DNA of 64,000 bases from Octopus sinensis. Its lineage: Eukaryota. The notes beneath the pieces were generated by a model that was not told where the DNA came from, did not search any database, and was given only the letters and a program-made list of their open reading frames with translations. The position numbers and the translations under genes were made by a program. The stretch spans positions 7,254,001 through 7,318,000 of the forward strand of contig NC_043002.1 of assembly GCF_006345805.1 (NCBI RefSeq), in the 5' to 3' direction. Below are positions 12,295 through 24,985 of this stretch, one piece after another (position 1 is the stretch's first letter; each line of letters starts with the position of its first letter).

Positions 12295-12336
<42 letters not shown>

Positions 12337-12829
12337 TTATCTATCTATCTATCTATCTCTATCTCTCTCTCTCTCTGTATTGGCTACAGCCAGCAACATG
12401 TTGCCCTGTGAAAAGAATTCTCTCGGAAATAGACAAAAAGAAGTAACTTTTAAATCATACTAAGAAAATTCCAAGCTTTTCTAATAAGTCACTGTGTAAT
12501 TTTTCGACATGCTAGAACAACTACAAAGGCTTAATATACCCCTCGTCAGTGTCAAGTATAATATGCTGAAGAAGCATTCAACAAATATACAGTTGACATT
12601 TACACTGGTGATTTGTACTCCCCTAATATACCTATTTCAATGAGCGCCACGATCGGAACTACAGAAATCAAACTGATATATATTAAGTATTAGCGTAGTA
12701 ATAGAAATTAAATGAACTACACTTATCAATCGATTTGTACGTTACTCTCTCTCTCTTATAATGGGGAAACATAAAATGTTCTCAACAATTGGACACAGCG
12801 ATTACGTAACTTAATATACGATAGCAAAT

Positions 12830-12860
<31 letters not shown>

Positions 12861-13200
12861 GGGTGTGTGTATATACATACATATATATATATACACATGT
12901 GTGTGTGTATATACATACATATATATATATACACATGCGTGTGTATATACATACATATATATATATATATACACATGTGTGTGTATATACATACATATAT
13001 ATATACACATGTGTGTGTATATACATACATATATACACATGTGTGTATATACATACATATATATATACACATGTGTGTGTGTATATACATATATATATAT
13101 ATACATGTGTGTGTATATACATATATATATATATATATATACACAGATGTGTGTGTGTGTATACATACATATATATATATATATATTATATATATATATA
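12830..13200. repeat. AT/CA minisatellite with quasi-palindromic unit (ATATACACATGTGTGTGTATAT core)
   Basis: About ten ~26-34-bp units with an ACACATGTGT core. Confidence 0.85.
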
Positions 13201-15419
13201 TGGTGGTGGTGGTAGAGAGAATAAAAGGAACTTGGCTTACAAGTTTCAGAATTAATTTGCTGATATTTTGTGGATTTCTGAAAAGAAAAGATTTCTAAAG
13301 CCATAAAAAGTTATCGATTTGTAGCTGTATTAGGCAAAAATGCATTTCGATTAACAAAGCAAATAATAATTTATAAAGTTCAATACTTGTAGGTATGTGA
13401 AATGCAGTTCACTCATATGTTTATTAACAAAGGAAACCGTATACTGGACCCAGTGAACGGGTTAAACATCTTGTCTCACGAGTAGAATTCATAAAATAGT
13501 CTCTATTAATACAACATATTTAAAACTGTTCATTGATCAGGTTTTGCTTGTATCTAGAACCATACCATTCTTATATATAGAAACCTTGCTGGACTTCTAT
13601 AGAAACAAAAGCTCGTTTAGTCAACAATTCTACTCTTAGTGCGAATAATAATTTTTTTTTTTAAGTATCCTTTGTCACTAATTCTTCATGCTTCAGTAGA
13701 TAAATCTAAAGTAATAACAAAAGATAGAATTCCTGAAATACCTTGGCTAGAATAGGGGCATTATCAGCTTTAAATGAGTACAATATTCTCGAATATTCGA
13801 CTAATAGAAGAGTGAAGGAAATAGTAATGGCTAGAATTAAGTTTTAAATTAACTCTTGTCTAAGGCGAAAATATTCCAAGTTTATTGAAATGAGAAGACC
13901 GAATAATAATGATAATAATAATAATAATAATAATAATAGTAATAATGATAATAATAATAATAATAATAATGAAGTGGTAGAAGAATTTGACCGACTAACC
14001 AGACTGCTGGAATTGGACTGACTAATGAAAGATTGCTTGGTGTAGTTAATTGTTTGGAAAGTTTAAGTAGACGTACACAAATCCTAGTTTTCTATAGGTT
14101 AACATTAAGTTTTCTTCGTCACACTGCACAGGTGCAATTGTGAAAATTATATTGCTCTTTTTCTTTCTTTTGTTCTCGAACGTAGATTTCTAGGAAACGA
14201 AAACAACGTTTATCTATGTCTCTGCCTGTCTTTATTTATTATTATTTCTTGTTTACTTTGTGTTGTTTAGCGATTAATTTCATTGGTGTCGAAAGCTCTC
14301 TCTCTTCCTCCCTCTCTCTCTCTGACTGTCTGCTGTAAAAGTTGTATAAACTTCCATTTTGTAAATAGCGCCACAAGAAGTGAGTATAGCAATATGCATT
14401 TACTAAATAAAAATGGAGAAAATGAACTTCCAAACTGACGGTGGATTGAAGTGAACGTTTTCTTAACATTAAAATAATCGCTCAGACATAACATAACGAA
14501 AAGTATGAATGTTTCTCTCCAGGCCTCCTACTTAACAGAGGATGAATATCGCCTCCATGAGGAATGTGTTAAAAACTATGAAAGCGGGTGGTAAGGACTA
14601 TATTTATTTTAAATTTTCACTCGGACATTACCTTTATAAATAATGGCAAAATGTGGATCTGGTGACTTGTATATTAAATTCTCTCAGCCTAATTCTATAT
14701 ATTGAAATTATAAACTGTATTGTCAAAACGGATATATTTCACGTGCGAAATTAAACTGGTCTTTTAAAGCTGCCTTTGTCTGACAAAGGACTTTCTTTGA
14801 AACGTCACTATTCTCATCACCCAACGCTGTACAAGATTATCGGAATTTATGAGGTTTCCTAAATCCACTTTTCTCTCACAAACCACATATTCTTTCGGAC
14901 TCCTATAATTCGTTCTCAAAAGGGTGTGTCTCTAGCCAATAATACTTCATGTCTGACCCTTTTCGAAACATCATGCCACATCTTTGGCCAAGACACATCA
15001 GCTTTTATTTGACAAGTTTTATTTAATACATATTTCTTTGTCATTGCTTTTTTTTCTTTGCTGTCTTAAAACTATGATTAGTTTCCTCGATCTTAAATTA
15101 TAAAACTTCGCCATTATTTTACATACAAAATGGAGATAAATCCTTCGAGGTACAGGTTTTTGCAACGAAAGGTTTGAGAAAGTATGGAAATCAAGCTTAA
15201 ACAGAGTAAAATACGTGTTTCTTAAACAAAAATGAGAACTGGCTGCCTGAATGAAGTCAGATACTTGGAGCGTTTATGTTTGAAATAACTATACACATCA
15301 TATAATAACAAACAATCCCATTGCTAATGTGCTTGGGTTGCTCATGGATCAATTAGAACCTGGCTCCAGAGATCTCTGATATTGATAGTGGCAATGAAGT
15401 AAAGGTGAACTAAATTGCT

Positions 15420-15724
15420 GCTCGTCTTTTGTTCCTTCTCGAGCCATGCCTGGCTCATAAGGGCCGGTTTCCCGGTTTCCTTGGCGTATAGGTTCCCACC
15501 TGGACGGGACCCCGGTCCGTCGCAGGTGAGCTACAAGATGCAGAAGGAAAGAGTGAGAGAAAGTTGTGGCGAAAAAGTCAGTAGAAGTTTCGCCATTACC
15601 TTCTGCGAGAGCCGCGTGGAGCTTAGGTGTTTATTCATAAACACACACATCGCCCGGTCTAAGATTCGAACCCGCGATCCCTCGATCGCGAGTCCGCTGC
15701 TCTAACCACTAGGCCATGTGCCTC
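15420..15724 (-). mobile_element. tRNA-derived SINE with V-domain-like centre
   Basis: Minus strand head GAGGCACATGGCCTAGTGGTTAGAG (A box) and GGTTCGAATC (B box). Central CCTGCGACGGACCGGGGTCCCGTCCAGG resembles the V-SINE domain (recalled, needs check). GC-rich against the background. Confidence 0.75.
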
Positions 15725-16948
15725 TAAATTGCTGCTCGCTCAGAAGCTGATGTTAGTTGTGGTTTTATTTACTCGAAATAAGTAGATAATAGTTAGTTAA
15801 AAATAAATAAATGAAAAAAAATGTTGAACAATGTTTCTAGATAATCAATTGACTGGAATGACACTAGAACCTAGCGGAACACATGCAAAATAATTAAGAG
15901 AAAAAAATAGCAGATGAGTATTAAAGTAACAATCAAATGGATTAATTTCTGTATCCTTTGCAACAGTCTAACAATGTTAACCAAGATTATTATGACTAAG
16001 TAGATTTAAGGACGTCAGAAAAAGAGACAATTGCCTGCACGTGATACTGTCGTAAAGATTTCAGAAAGTTTTTACTGCTGGAGTTTATCTTTTTACTTCT
16101 TTACTTAAGATTAATTCTCAACTATGAACGTCGGATAAACTGTTATACACATGATTTCTTTAAATATTTATAATCGCTAGCCTCACAATGGTTCGAAAAG
16201 GGAGCTTGTACGTAGCGGTTCATCTAGCTAGAAGTAGCTACAAAATCTCCCTCGAATCACTACCTGCCGTCTTAGAAAACAAAACAAGAACATTGGGACA
16301 AAGGAATAATGAATTTTAAAAAGGGATGAACAGAGCTAAAATATCTTTTATCAAAGGTCTGTATCATCATGGCCGATATGGAGGCGAAGTAACAGTAAAT
16401 TTCAAAATGGTTATCAAACTCTAAGTCAATGATTTTATTTGATTTTATTTATTCTGGCAGAGCCATTAGTGTCAGACAAAATTCTTCGCAGTACGTCTGC
16501 GATTCCTTATGTCCCGAATACGAATCCTGTCGTGGTCATCTTAGCCATTTATGTTTTGGGGGTCGAGAAATTAAGTACTATTTGAGTACTAGCGTCGATG
16601 AAATAAACTAACCACATCCATCAACATTTCAGTAAATCAGAAGCAATTATTTTTTATTTATCTGCAGTTTTAAAATATTTTATTTCAATTACTTTTGGTA
16701 ATCTTTGCCTAATAAAACTGGTTAGACGGTAGTCATTACTGATCAAACTTAATTTCGCTGATTTGGAATGCAATTAAGAAATGATATAATACAGGTAGAC
16801 AACATCAGAAAAGAATGTTGTACACTGAGGAGAGAGAAAGTGGGCAATATATATAGGTATATACATACATATATATACAGACACACACACATATCTATAT
16901 GCGCACATACATATTTATACATATATTTATATATACATACATACATAC

Positions 16949-17031
<83 letters not shown>

Positions 17032-17479
17032 TCCATTTAGATATCTATATTTAAATATACATACACACGCTCACACATACAGGTGTGTCAAATTCTACAG
17101 AACATAAAATCTTTATTTATCTAACGTAACTTTGCCACTAGATGTTGTGTCACAATGACCATCTACACTTGGAAAGTAGTGATAATCCCCAAATTTGACA
17201 TGCCTTTAAAGAAAAAAGTATGTTCAATGTCTGGGGTTAAGATGAGCCATGGACACGTACTTCTAGCTTAAAACCCCTTCATGAGCACGACAGTTGTTCA
17301 AAATTATTTTCAGTAGCCAAGGTATTTAAACATGCTAAAATGTGTAGGAGAGATTTATCTCCTAGGTTATTTGCATTGTTTTAACAAAAATGAGCAAAGA
17401 GAAATAATACAGAGTAGCCAGGCAAAAATATAGACAAATAGATTTATCCAACTAACTTCCCCGCCCACTATTTAGGGGA

Positions 17480-17810
17480 GAGTCAGGAAGTAGATTCCTC
17501 AAGGGCCCTACAAGAAGCAACCATCATAAGCTTCCGGTTGGATTCGCTAAGGTGACCAGCTGAGTCTGTGGATATTGTCCAACGATCAAGCCCAATCCGC
17601 CTTCCGATTCGTGTCCGTAGTATCAGAGCTGTGACCCCCTCAATGCACAGAGGTATCGGCTTCACCTGGAGAGATACTCTGATCTCCGAGAACGTACCCT
17701 GTCGAGTAACCTTACACCAGAGATCCTTGAGAGGTGCCATATTTCGGTCGCTATTGTTAGCGATCGGACTTCTTCGGTCATTACCCAGCATTGATGACAA
17801 ATGCAGGTAT
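17480..17810 (-). mobile_element. Degenerate RTE-clade LINE ORF2 fragment (post-RT region)
   Basis: With frameshifts reads CWVMTEEVRSLTIATEIWHLSRISGVRLLDRVRS / EIRVSLQVKPIPLCIE / GSQL*YYGH, matching the RTE pattern ExWxxT...EMxxLRxIxGVxxxDRxRxxxIR...L.WxGH. Confidence 0.7.
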
Positions 17811-18751
17811 GTACAAATCTACCTATCTATATGTTGGTAGATGTGTATGAGTGTGTATAATGTAGGCGTTAATGACAGGTTTCTCGATTTCTAATGTGTC
17901 AAAGTGACCAAAGACCTCAAAATATTCTATCACTCTAAAGTACAGGCTACAATATAAATGATGATAAGTTAAACCTCCTGAGATGCTAAATTGTAGCGAG
18001 TCTCGCGCCGAACAGCTTTTGGCTCTACTTTTGAGTACAAAAACAAATCATAATAATATATCAAGCAGTGGGAATTACACCCTTTCACTACATAGGGAGC
18101 AATTAGTGTGTTCCTATTATTAACTAACTGATAAGCGGTGTTTTAATTGCAGAATTACGTCATTCAATCACGAAATCCTCCTGTGTCAACGTCCTTATAC
18201 GCAGCATTTTTCCTAATCTTTCGAAGAGAGGTGAATTTTTGCTTTCTTTCCTCCTCTGTAAATTCATGTAGGCTTCTGAATATTTATGTATATTAAGTGT
18301 ATCTATCTATCTATCTATCTATATATATATATATATATCCCTGTCTGTCTACACACACACACACGCATAAATATATATATATATGAGAGGTAGGCCCCGA
18401 AACGGCGCGCATTCTCTCCTGATGACCTCATACACTTGCTAGCTTCCGGTATACTGAGCTTTTAACTGGTAGCACTTGCATGTGCAAGTTGTTTGCAAGA
18501 CATCTATATATTCCAGCCGTGCTTGGAAGGAAGGTGTGTAGCGTGTGATCGTCGCACTGACGAGTTCAAAGTCGATCTTTGACAAGCGACTTCACTCCAT
18601 ATGCTTTAGATTCTTCATTATGGCAACAGTCCGGATATTTATTGATCAGACTCCGTATATATATATTGACACATATATTGCAAACGTCTATACATTTATA
18701 CACACACATGGTGTGTATGTTGCACATACGCATGTCAATGTATATATAAAT

Positions 18752-18783
<32 letters not shown>

Positions 18784-18848
18784 TTACACACGTATACACC
18801 TATATAGGTATATATATATATATTTACACACACACACACTTATATTAG

Positions 18849-18885
<37 letters not shown>

Positions 18886-19037
18886 GCATAAATATATATA
18901 TATATGTATGTATATATATATATATATACACACACCACACTTATATTAGTATATATATATATATATATTTACACACACACACTTATATTAGTATATATAT
19001 ATATATATATATATACTAACATAAGTGTGTGTGTGTA

Positions 19038-19093
<56 letters not shown>

Positions 19094-19191
19094 TATATTA
19101 AATGTATATTATATATATATATAAAAATAGGGTTCAGTAAAATAATTTATTATTTTACTGACCCTAACGTATATATATATATATATATATG

Positions 19192-19236
<45 letters not shown>

Positions 19237-19445
19237 CTATACATAAGCTGTCTGGATGTTTTGCGTTCTTGTCCCATTTTTTGTATTCCTTTTTATATAC
19301 ATATGGCGGCGTACGTACAATTATTTGGTATTTGTACACTCAGTAGTGATAATTAATTTGAAACCCAAGTCCAGTAACTATATGGAAACCAGAGAGAGAA
19401 TATTCTTCTTTTATATTTTTGATTGTTATGGGAAAGTAACAAACA

Positions 19446-19565
19446 CCTAACGGTTCGGCAAAAGTGACCGATAGAATGAATACCAGGCTTTAAAAAAAAA
19501 CATAAGTACTGGGTCGATTCGTTCGACTAAAATTCTTCAAGGAGGTGCCCCAGCATAGCAAATGG
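19446..19565 (+). mobile_element. 3' fragment of the CORE-type SINE (family B)
   Basis: ACGGTTCGGCAAAAGTGACCGATAGAAT...GGGTCGATTCGTTCGACTAAA...GGTGCCCCAGCAT matches the 3' halves of the copies at 49129-49510 and 50961-51378. Confidence 0.75.
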
Positions 19566-19699
19566 TAAAAGATCCTAACGCCACATTTAAACTGTCTCGG
19601 TTAGTTTTATAACCTTCAAAATCGTTCTAAGCCTATTATTTGAAGATGGATAGTTTTCGAAATTAACAATCTTCAGGATAAAAAGTAATACAGTTACTT

Positions 19700-20121
19700 G
19701 GGAACTTTTCGGTTTGAACGGTGGTTTTTTCTAGCGGTGTCATATGAAATTGTCACCCATAATTATGACCCTAGTATCGATCTATTGCATCAATCTGTTT
19801 TAGGGTTAGGGTTAGTTAGGGTTAGGGGAAGGTATCTTTTTTCTTCACAAATGTAAATAAACCCAATCTGTTTCTTAAACGAGGAACATATTCATACGGC
19901 ACAGAATGTTTTTTTTAACTCAATGCACGTCATCGATTGGTTGAAATTGCAGAAATTGAAGAAAAAAAGACAGCAAATATCTTACAAACTATAGAATTTT
20001 CTCAATAAAGCCAAGAGAAAAAGATGTTTTATAAACATATTCTACCAGTATACGAAGTTTAAAATTTTTTATAGTTACCTAGAAATTATGTTAAAAACTG
20101 CCGTTCAAACCGAAAAAATCC
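19700..20121. mobile_element. MITE-like element with ~24-bp terminal inverted repeats and internal (TTAGGG)n
   Basis: TTTTCGGTTTGAACGGTGGTTTTT (19706-19729) vs AAAAACTGCCGTTCAAACCGAAAA (20093-20116), two mismatches; TTAGGG-type repeats at 19800-19827. Confidence 0.75.
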
Positions 20122-21479
20122 GTTACCTGATATAGTTGTTTGAAAGAAAAAAAAAATAGAGGGAGGCTAAATAAAAAACAAAAATGAAAGAAATTACTAG
20201 ATAAAAGAACAAAAACTAATGGACCATAATTTGTTGAAAACGTTGTATTCAAGTGGCTACCTTGACCAATGAGATAATTCCTACCAAGTTAGAAAGCAGA
20301 GCAGCTGAAGCAGTCGACAATATTTAGTAAACAAGTGGTGATTAAGAGGTCTGGTCTGATGTGAAAGCAACATTCTATAAGTCAGTGGCTGCTCTGTGGG
20401 CGGTAACAATAGCAACAGTGATTGTCCACAACTAACACAAAGCTTAGCTGACTGGGCTTAATAACGTGGAGGTAGCAGGTATTTTGTGACTAATCAACTA
20501 ATTCAAGCCTATTAATTAGTTTAAACTGTACTCAGTATGTAGAATGTCCGTTGTGAGACAAGTAGACAACCAGCTACTAGTGTTTGACACAAAAAGTTAT
20601 TTCTGAAGTGGACGAAACTGTTACGTTACTGGCTTAGGCTTGTACCAAAAATGAACCCCGTGACTGATGAGCCAAATATTTTCAGTTGAACAATAGACCC
20701 CCAAAATGTGCCACTTTTCCTCACAGAAATGAGATGTCATAATTTAAAAAGCCTAATTAATTTTCACTTCCTATTATTACTTTAGTTTACTTTCTGCACT
20801 CCAAATGAATTAATGAAGTGCAATGTTGAGAAAAATAATTATATCTACACGCGAGAGAGAGAGAGAGAGAGAGAGACAGATAGACAGACAGACAGACAGG
20901 CAGATGATGATGATGGTGCTGGAAACAGAATGCATCAATCCAAAACATTTTCTAGGTCTGGATTATAAAACGCTTAAATGATTCTCTCATTTGTATATGT
21001 AAGCATGTTTGTGATATACACACGTACTCCTAAGTGCTCGTGTATGTATTTATGTATGTATATAAATACACAGACATATCTGTGTGTATATATACATATG
21101 CATGTACACACTTCTACACTAGTAATAAAATATCGTGTAGCAGCAAAGTTCGTCTCATCAAGTTCGAATGTTAGGTGGTGCAACACTTAACATTCATAAT
21201 ACCCTAAAGATAGACATGAACATTACAACTTCCCACTTAAAAATGTCAAGTCATTTGGTTCTAAGCACTAGTCTTTCGCTAACCATTTTGATAAAGAATG
21301 GTATGCGTCACATTGTTCTTTCTTCATGCACTACAAGAAGATGGATTCTGCTACAGTATCTGATAAAAAAGCAAAATAGGCAGTGTACATTCCAACACAC
21401 ACACAAACCTCCTATTTGTGATATGTATGTATATGTACATATAATATATATGTACATATATATATATATATATATGTAC

Positions 21480-21835
21480 AAATATATATATATATATATT
21501 ACATAAGTAAATATATGTACGTATACACATATATATATATATACACACATGTGTGTATGCATATATATATATATATGTTTATATGTATGTATATGAATAT
21601 ATGTATATATATATATTACATAAGTAAATATATGTACGTATACACACATATATATACATGTGTGTATGTATGTATATATATATATGTCTATATATAAATG
21701 TATGTATATGAATATATATATATATATATTACATAAGTAAATATATGCACGTATATATATATATATATACATGTATGTATGTATATATATATGTCAATAT
21801 ATATGTATGTATATGAATATATGTATATATATATA
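21480..21835. repeat. ~115-bp tandem triplication within AT-rich microsatellite
   Basis: TACATAAGTAAATATATG(T/C)ACGTATA recurs at about 21500, 21617 and 21730. Confidence 0.75.
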
Positions 21836-21837
21836 AT

Positions 21838-22030
21838 TTTAATCCAAACGGGAAACAAAAAAACAACAACAATGGAACAATTACAGTATTATTATTAATA
21901 GGCGCTCAGGAAATGGAAGCAGGGAGGTATGACGTTTCGAGCGGAGCTCTTCGTCGGAAACATAAAGAAGGAAGAGAGAGGAAAGAAAGAAAGATCCCAG
22001 AGCGGGCAACAGGGAAAGAGAAAAAAGACG
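21838..22030 (-). mobile_element. Short (TA)n-flanked repeat with hammerhead-shaped motif (possible Penelope-like terminal derivative)
   Basis: Minus strand GTTT-CCGACGA-A-GAGC-TCC-GCTC-GAAAC-GTC-ATAC (21961-21927), then CCTGAGCG. Its 3' part is homologous to 60676-60780. Confidence 0.55.
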
Positions 22031-22520
22031 AATATATATATATATATATACACATACACAGTGAGTTATATATGAATGTCCCCATATATATATATATATA
22101 TATATATGTATGCATGTTTATGCACACCTACACCCACCCACACACACACATATATAATCATAAGTAGGGGACAAAGAAACGACATGGCAATTATTTTCTA
22201 TGAACACCGAAATGAGTATAAAAAAACAAAAGAGATGTAAAAAAAAGAAAAGCAATGGGTAAGAAGCAGATAGAAGAACAGAGCATTTCTAAATGGCTGT
22301 GTAAGATTCTAAAAAGATAGACAATTAGATATAGTTGTAAGATATTCTCGCCACCAACATAAACATGTTTATCTTTCCATATAACTGTAGTTCTGGGATT
22401 CTATCTATCACTAAAGAATTGGTTGCTTTACTAAGCAAACAAAATAGTCTTCGTAATAACTGACCCAGTTCAAAGAAAGGAATAATGTAAACCTGTACAC
22501 GAGTGTGTCTGTGTGTATGT

Positions 22521-22566
<46 letters not shown>

Positions 22567-22567
22567 G

Positions 22568-22602
<35 letters not shown>

Positions 22603-22681
22603 GTATATATATATGTGTGTGTATATATATATGTATATGTATATATATATATGTGTATATATAAATATGTGTATATATATA

Positions 22682-22739
<58 letters not shown>

Positions 22740-23260
22740 GTTTAGAAGTATAGTTATAGTTGTTGAGGTTCTCTCTTATTAATGGTGCACGCACCTGAAA
22801 CAAAAGAGAACATATTTTTTTATGCCGGCAGAGTCGTGAAGAATATCTTTCGACAATAATGTTTGGTTGTATTCTAAGCTGTTCCGCCACAACACAAAGA
22901 CGCACAGAAAGAAAAACAAAAAAAGAAGAAAAAAGAAAAAGACAGAGAGAGAATTATTGTAGTCCATAAGTCAGATTTGTAACGGCAGCTAAATTAACTA
23001 TTGCAAACAAGTGAATAATGAATGATGCAAGAAGCAGACTAACAGACAGACAGACAGACATGTCTTTCGACATTGCTCTACATAACATTATGCACCACAA
23101 ATACTCCTAGTGTAAATGAGTATACAAACGAGGCAGAAAGAAAGGAAGACACCCCAGACAGACATATATATGTAAAGAGATTTTTGTTTAATGGGAATAG
23201 ATTCTTAGAGCTTCTTTATACTTCACGCATTATAACAGACGAACACATAATAATAATAAC

Positions 23261-23292
<32 letters not shown>

Positions 23293-24281
23293 TAATAGCG
23301 AAGTGAAAAACGAAAGAATGTAAGTACAATATCCTATAGTCAGAAACATTATCCTGCTTAGGGAGTCAATTAAATCGTAAGAAGAAAATTAGATAGAACA
23401 ATTTGTCTTTTTCAGTCGTGCAGTTTCTTTGAACAATGCTATAAAACAAATAACACGCTTCTAAACTAACATCCCAAACAAAGAAGAAAAGCAAAGAAAA
23501 CTCTACTAAACACGTGTACTGGTTTGTATATACACGCACACATATACTCATAAGAAAACATGTTTATTGGTATATACAAAGCCTATATAAACTCATTAGT
23601 TGACGTTATGTAAACAAATACTTAACGTTGGGAAATGGCTGACGCGGGCAAAAATAAAATGCTGGATTTATATATCAATGCTATTTACATATATATATAT
23701 ATATATATATATATAAGTTAAATAATATGAAGTCACAGATTACTAAATATGAATACAAATATACTGTAGATTTTTTTTTTACTTAACTACGGTTGGGGAG
23801 CAGTTAGGTATGAATCATGGCGTCCTTGCTTTTAATTCTCCAAGCGTATTAAACATGTTGAGAGTGCTAACAGCAATATGGTTCCAAACGAAATCGAAAT
23901 AAGAATACTGAAATAAGCATTGTAGAAAGAAGCAGGTTGCAATCGATTATTTAGTACCCACTTGTACTTTATTTTATTGATCCTAGGAGGATGGAAGAGA
24001 AAGTGAAGATCGACTGGGAAATTCAAAATGGAAAAGTATTTAACTAAATACTAACAGCATTAAAGGTATTAGGGCGCTCAATCGGTGGCATGGATAGAGA
24101 GAGAGGGGAAGAGAGAGGGGGTGGGAGAGAGAGATCCAGACTAACTAGAAAAGAAAGAAAAATGAGAAAGAAATAGGTGGAGAGAGAGAGAGAGGGTTCG
24201 ATTTTCAAAGATACGGCACAAGAATTTCACTCCTGGATATTGAGATGGATCTCCCTACTTTTGGTGTAATATATAGCTGTG

Positions 24282-24315
<34 letters not shown>

Positions 24316-24606
24316 ATATTATATATATATATATATATATATGCGCTCACCCATCTACATATGTATGTATGTATGTATGTATGTGTATATATATATATAT
24401 ATACATGCTGTAATTGTTGGATATATTTTGGCGTATTAGTGGAACAATGTTTCATTTGTTATGGGTGTAACTAAGATCCATATTGCAAGTTAAACAGCTA
24501 AGAAGCAAACATGGTACTTGATAAGAAGCAAAGTTACGTACCTTGACCATTGGGGTAATACAATGGTCTTAGTGAAATTTGAACTCGTTGATATATAGTC
24601 ATACAT

Positions 24607-24985
24607 GTCATCATCATCATTGTTCGACCGTGGTCGAGACAATGGAATTTACCATGCTACGCCAGACTTCACGGTCCATCATGGCATTGTGGAGGTTCTG
24701 TTGCTGGATGCCTGTATCCCTGGAGATTACATCAGGGTAGGAAAGTGTGCGCCCTCTGGTATTGCGAGTAGATGGCTTCCAGAGGAGAAGAGGAGAAATT
24801 ACCTCTTTTTCAGCTCTACAACAATGTCCAGCAAACTGGACTCTCCTACCTTTCACAAGAGATGACACATGTGGTAGTTTCCCATATATTTGCATTTTGG
24901 TTGGATGGCGCTTCCACGAGATATTTTGAGCTCTCATAAGGAGGCGAGTGTAGGTTCCATCCAACCGCCTCTCAAGCTTCTTTAC
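24607..24985 (-). mobile_element. 5'-truncated RTE-clade LINE with intact ORF2 C-terminus and (TGA)n tail
   Basis: Stop-free KKLERRLDGTYTRLLMRAQNISWKRHPTKMQIYGKLPHVSSLVKGRRVQFAGHCCRAEKEVISPLLLW...DREVWRSMV...* has the typical RTE/RTE-X LDGxYTRxLR...RRLxFAGHCxR...DRxxWR motifs. Ends directly in TGATGATGATGA. Confidence 0.9.

Noticed and set aside
15640-15724. Functional tRNA gene
   Set aside because: A and B boxes are present, but it continues into a SINE body and lacks a proper acceptor-stem 3' strand.
17568-17840. Plus-strand ORF ending near CAG|GTATGT as a nested exon
   Set aside because: It is the antisense reading of the RTE fragment on the minus strand.
18400-18435. CGAAAC...CTGATGA as a type II hammerhead
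   Set aside because: The bases flanking GAAA and CTGATGA cannot form stem II.
19800-19827. True telomere or chromosome fusion scar
   Set aside because: Only about four units, enclosed within a TIR-bounded element.
24607-24640. RTE 3' end as the partner of the family D (GAT)n-tailed element
   Set aside because: Apart from the (TGA)n tail, the terminal sequences are not alignable.
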